Below, one piece after another: positions 26,691-32,000 of a stretch of DNA of 32,000 bases. The position numbers and the translations under genes were made by a program. Numbering within the stretch: the first letter of the stretch is position 1; each line of letters begins with the position of its first letter. This DNA is from Escherichia coli O15:H12 (lineage in GTDB: Bacteria > Pseudomonadota > Gammaproteobacteria > Enterobacterales > Enterobacteriaceae): assembly GCF_014770655.1 (NCBI RefSeq), contig NZ_CP061749.1. The stretch is one strand, 5' to 3'. The notes below the pieces were generated by a model. It saw only the letters and a program-made list of their open reading frames with translations. It ran no database searches and was not told the DNA's origin.

Positions 26691-27490
26691 TTAGCGCGTT
26701 CGCTGCGAAAGCACCTGCTGCTTATCCAGCTTTTGCACCAGCGGCTGCACCACTTTATCCCCATACTGACCAAAGTATTGATACAGCGTATCGGACGCAC
26801 TTTTGGTCAGCACCATAATCTCGATGCGCCGATTACCCGCACTTTGCGGATTCTTCGCGTCCAGCAGCATCTGGTCCGCCATTGCGCTTACCTGCATCAC
26901 TTTATCTTCCGGCATTCCGGCCTCTTCCAGCACCCGACGAGCCGAAAGCGCGCGATCGCCCGAAAGGTTCCAGTTGTTGTAGATATTGTTTTTGTAGGCC
27001 ATCGCATCGGTATGCCCGGTAATAATAATTTTATTATCGAGCGAGTCGAACACTGGCGCGAGCTCCACCAGCAGCGTTTTAAAGAACGGCATAATCTTCG
27101 CGCTGCCGCGTTCAAACATATTGCGGTTCTGGTCATCTTTAATCAGCACGCGCAATCCCTGGGGAACAATCTCCATCTCCAGATTCGCTTCCATATGCGC
27201 ATCACGGGCAATGGTGTTGATACTGGTTGCCAGCTCGCCAAGCTCGGTGGCGGATTTCTTCTTCAGCAGCGCTGTTTTCTCGTTGACGTCTCGCGCTTTT
27301 TTCTCCGTCTCTTCCGGCACCGCCACGGTGGCAGGTTTTGGCGGATGAGACGGGCTGATTTTATTTAACGGCGACAATCCGCCGCCACTGAAAATCGACT
27401 GCCCGTGCAGCGCGGCGATAATGCTTTCACGCTCGGATTTACTGACGCTGTTGACAATCAACTTTATCGTCGTCACCAAAGGGGCCGAGC
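26691..27490 (-). pseudogene. lafU: LafU (MotB-like lateral flagellar motor protein), 5'-truncated
   Basis: OmpA-like peptidoglycan-binding domain IIITGHTDAMAYKNN...GNRRIEIMVLTKS. The N-terminal residues of the ORF are antisense to fhiA. Confidence 0.88.
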
Positions 27491-29160
27491 GTATTTCCGA
27501 GGTTTCTGCCCGCTTTACCCTGGACGCGATGCCCGGCAAACAGATGGCGATTGACGCCGACCTTAACGCCGGGTTGATCAACCAGGCGCAGGCGCAAACC
27601 CGGCGTAAAGATGTCGCCAGCGAGGCCGATTTCTACGGCGCGATGGACGGGGCGTCAAAGTTTGTGCGCGGGGATGCCATCGCCGGGATGATGATTCTGG
27701 CAATCAACCTGATCGGCGGCGTCTGTATCGGGATCTTCAAATACAACCTGAGCGCCGACGCCGCCTTCCAGCAATATGTGCTAATGACCATCGGCGATGG
27801 GCTGGTGGCGCAGATCCCTTCCCTGCTGCTCTCCACCGCGGCGGCGATTATCGTCACCCGCGTCAGCGACAACGGCGATATCGCCCATGACGTGCGCCAC
27901 CAGCTGCTGGCAAGCCCGTCGGTGCTCTACACCGCTACCGGGATCATGTTCGTGCTGGCGGTGGTACCGGGGATGCCGCACCTGCCGTTTTTGCTGTTCA
28001 GCGCCCTGCTTGGCTTTACCGGCTGGCGGATGAGCAAACGCCCGCAGGCGGCGGAGGCGGAGGAGAAAAGCCTCGAAACGCTGACCCGCACCATCACCGA
28101 AACCAGCGAGCAACAGGTCAGTTGGGAGACTATTCCGCTGATTGAGCCTATCAGTTTAAGCCTCGGCTACAAACTGGTGGCGCTGGTGGACAAAGCCCAG
28201 GGCAACCCGCTCACCCAGCGGATCCGCGGCGTGCGACAGGTGATATCCGACGGCAACGGCGTGCTGCTGCCGGAGATCCGCATTCGGGAAAATTTCCGCC
28301 TCAAGCCCAGCCAGTACGCCATTTTCATCAACGGTATTAAGGCTGATGAAGCGGATATTCCGGCGGATAAACTGATGGCGCTGCCCTCCAGCGAAACCTA
28401 CGGCGAGATAGACGGCGTGCTGGGGAACGACCCGGCGTACGGGATGCCGGTGACCTGGATCCAGCCTGCGCAGAAAGCGAAGGCGCTGAATATGGGGTAT
28501 CAGGTGATCGACAGCGCCAGCGTGATTGCTACCCATGTGAACAAGATTGTGCGCAGCTATATTCCTGATTTGTTTAACTATGATGATATTACGCAGTTGC
28601 ATAACCGTTTGGCGTCGATGGCACCGCGCCTGGCGGAAGATTTAAGCGCGGCGCTCAATTACAGCCAGTTGCTGAAAGTGTACCGGGCGCTGCTGACCGA
28701 AGGCGTTTCCCTGCGCGATATCGTCACCATCGCCACCGTGCTGGTCGCCAGTAGCGCGGTGACCAAAGATCATATTCTGCTGGCAGCTGATGTGCGCCTG
28801 GCGCTGCGGCGCAGCATTACCCATCCGTTCGTTCGCAAGCAGGAGCTGACGGTGTATACGCTGAATAATGAACTGGAAAATCTGCTGACCAATGTGGTGA
28901 ATCAGGCGCAACAGGGCGGGAAAGTGATGCTTGACAGCGTGCCAGTCGACCCGAATATGCTCAACCAGTTCCAGAGTACGATGCCACAGGTCAAGGAGCA
29001 GATGAAAGCGGCGGGGAAAGACCCGGTGCTGCTGGTGCCGCCTCAGCTGCGTCCTTTGCTGGCGCGCTACGCAAGGTTGTTTGCACCGGGGCTGCATGTG
29101 CTGTCGTATAACGAAGTGCCGGACGAGCTGGAGTTGAAGATTATGGGGGCGTTGATGTAA
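27480..29160 (+). pseudogene. fhiA: FhiA (FlhA-family export protein), 5'-truncated
   Basis: FIVVTKGAERISEVSARFTLDAMPGKQMAIDADLNAGLINQAQ... through to the FlhA C-terminus; lacks the N-terminal membrane segments. Confidence 0.9.
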
Positions 29161-29167
29161 GTATCCG

Positions 29168-29382
<215 letters not shown>

Positions 29383-29383
29383 A

Positions 29384-29881
29384 TTATAAAATGATACGCT
29401 CGCCAGCATTTATATCCGTTACGTCCCCCGCCCAATCGATGGGATATAACCCTCGCGCGACATCGCGATGGAACGTTGAGAATGGCCAATCACTCACTTG
29501 CTTTACCCAACCATGCTTTACTGGATTTATATAAATATAATCAACATGATGCCTATAATCTTTGGTATTGCGGATGGTGTGCTCCCAAAAACGTGGTTGC
29601 CAGATATTTTTCAATCCACAAGCATGGGTAAATTGCTTTTTAATTTCCCGCCAGCGAGAGGAAAAATCATCATCGCCTTCAGGTAATGTCCATATGCAAT
29701 GCATATGCTCTGGCAAAACGACCCAGGCGTTGATTTCAAAAGGCCTGTCTCGCTTAACTTTAATAATGGCGTTACGGAGCATCTGGTACTGGGTGGTCAA
29801 GAGTTGGCTTCGACGATTGCGTAAATTCACCGTGAAAAACCAGGTTCCCCCCTTGATGTAATAACGACGATATTCAGACAT
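29384..29881 (-). CDS. rayT: REP-associated tyrosine transposase RayT (YafM)
   Basis: 165 aa, YYIKGGTWFFTVNLRNRRSQLL...NAWVVLPEHMHCIWTLPEGD...DYRHHVDYIYINPVKHGWV. Confidence 0.96.
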   Translation of the reverse strand: MSEYRRYYIKGGTWFFTVNLRNRRSQLLTTQYQMLRNAIIKVKRDRPFEINAWVVLPEHMHCIWTLPEGDDDFSSRWREIKKQFTHACGLKNIWQPRFWEHTIRNTKDYRHHVDYIYINPVKHGWVKQVSDWPFSTFHRDVARGLYPIDWAGDVTDINAGERIIL

Positions 29882-29971
29882 GGCGACTCCTTTTTCTCAA
29901 CGGTAAGAAGAAAAGGAAAGGTCGGCAATGAGGTGATGGAATAACAGGAAAGCGGCTCGCAAAAACGCACA

Positions 29972-30815
<844 letters not shown>

Positions 30816-31106
30816 AAACCGGCTGAATGAAGGTGAGAATTTTAAAAGACCGGAGGAGTAAACGGGATTATTAATTGCTTATTTGCATATTACTATTGAG
30901 GTTTCATAATCTTAGGAAATAAATGATACATGCGCTTTTCGGACTATTGAAAACTGCCCCTGTGCTAAATTTGTAAACCCTGCGCCGACAGGCTTGCGTA
31001 AAACTCTTTTGGTGATAATGTGAGCCTTCCAAATCCAGACTATTCCGATTTGGGATCCATTTTGCCGTCCTGGCGTGTGTAACCGTTTTATCAAGGAATA
31101 AGCAGT

Positions 31107-31847
31107 ATGCGTAAAATCGCATTAATTCTTGCGATGTTGTTGATCCCGTGCGTTTCGTTTGCCGGTTTGCTGGGCAGCAGTAGCTCGACCACGCCAGTGA
31201 GCAAAGAGTATAAGCAGCAGTTGATGGGATCCCCTGTCTACATCCAGATCTTCAAGGAAGAACGTACGCTCGATCTCTACGTCAAAATGGGCGAGCAATA
31301 TCAACTGCTCGACAGCTATAAAATCTGTAAATATTCCGGCGGCTTAGGGCCAAAACAGCGTCAGGGCGATTTCAAAAGCCCGGAAGGGTTTTATAGCGTC
31401 CAGCGTAATCAGTTAAAACCAGACAGCCGTTACTACAAAGCGATTAATATTGGTTTCCCCAATGCCTATGACCGTGCGCATGGTTATGAAGGGAAATATC
31501 TGATGATCCACGGCGATTGTGTTTCCATCGGCTGCTACGCGATGACCAATCAGGGTATTGATGAGATCTTCCAGTTCGTTACTGGTGCGCTGGTGTTTGG
31601 TCAGCCGAGCGTGCAGGTGAGTATTTACCCATTCCGCATGACCGACGCCAATATGAAGCGCCATAAATATTCCAACTTTAAGGACTTCTGGGAGCAGCTG
31701 AAGCCGGGCTACGACTACTTTGAGCAAACCCGTAAGCCACCGACCGTTTCTGTGGTCAATGGCCGTTACGTGGTCAGCAAGCCGTTAAGCCACGAAGTGG
31801 TGCAGCCACAACTGGCATCAAACTACACGCTCCCCGAGGCAAAATAA
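31107..31847 (+). CDS. yafK: L,D-transpeptidase-family protein YafK (DpaA/LdtF)
   Basis: 246 aa, active-site motif YLMIHGDCVSIGCYAMTN. Confidence 0.96.
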   Translation: MRKIALILAMLLIPCVSFAGLLGSSSSTTPVSKEYKQQLMGSPVYIQIFKEERTLDLYVKMGEQYQLLDSYKICKYSGGLGPKQRQGDFKSPEGFYSVQRNQLKPDSRYYKAINIGFPNAYDRAHGYEGKYLMIHGDCVSIGCYAMTNQGIDEIFQFVTGALVFGQPSVQVSIYPFRMTDANMKRHKYSNFKDFWEQLKPGYDYFEQTRKPPTVSVVNGRYVVSKPLSHEVVQPQLASNYTLPEAK

Positions 31848-32000
31848 GCGCCATTCGCCTGGCATAATTTTTTGCCAGGTTTCATTGCCCGTCAGCGGCT
31901 GTGTCGCAATCACCGTGACCACATCATTCGGTGTGGTCTGCGAGCTGAAGTCGATTTCCACATCCTGATCCAGCAACGTTGCCACGCCAAACGGCGCGCG
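31818..32000 (-). CDS. yafJ: YafJ (class II glutamine amidotransferase-like), C-terminal part; 5' end outside window
   Basis: Hand translation RAPFGVATLLDQDVEIDFSSQTTPNDVVTVIATQPLTGNETWQKIMPGEWRLFCLGERVV*, a K-12 neighbour of yafK. Confidence 0.8.
   Translation of the reverse strand, partial: RAPFGVATLLDQDVEIDFSSQTTPNDVVTVIATQPLTGNETWQKIMPGEWRLFCLGERVV

Noticed and set aside
26607-27368. 253-aa + strand ORF
   Set aside because: Antisense of the lafU coding region, whose minus-strand product has a clear OmpA-like domain.

Overview
The window joins the right end of a prophage-like element (about 1-16.27 kb) to an E. coli core segment in reversed K-12 order: thrW, proA, proB, phoE, crl, frsA, gpt, pepD, ykfJ/prfH remnant, yafP, dinB, lafU/fhiA (Flag-2 scar), rayT, yafL, yafK, yafJ. 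The element sits at the 3' end of thrW. It carries a P4-type integrase, an AlpA-like regulator, an AntA-type antirepressor, a P4-alpha-like primase/DUF927 helicase, an intact IS66-family copy with an 8-bp target duplication, and a P22-like DNA-ejection module (gp14-gp7-gp20-gp16, the last cut by the window edge). The strongest non-coding signal is at 12.19-12.45 kb on the minus strand. It has a P1/P7 C4-type antisense immunity architecture: a1-b1 - terminator - 76-nt folded RNA carrying b'-a' - a2-b2 overlapping the Shine-Dalgarno of an Icd-like ORF. This RNA lies inside an 'Ash family' reading frame and upstream of the primase operon. Other notable items: an inverted cluster of six TTGGTTCA/TGAACCAA octamers just 3' of the primase (candidate origin), a 53-aa putative RHH regulator with an inverted-repeat operator missed by the ORF track, a 127-bp ERIC next to a doubly deleted rtcB2-prfH RNA-repair remnant, and absence of both K-12 toxin-antitoxin modules (yafNO, dinJ-yafQ) from their usual sites. 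All family assignments come from recognising sequences by eye. No database search was run.
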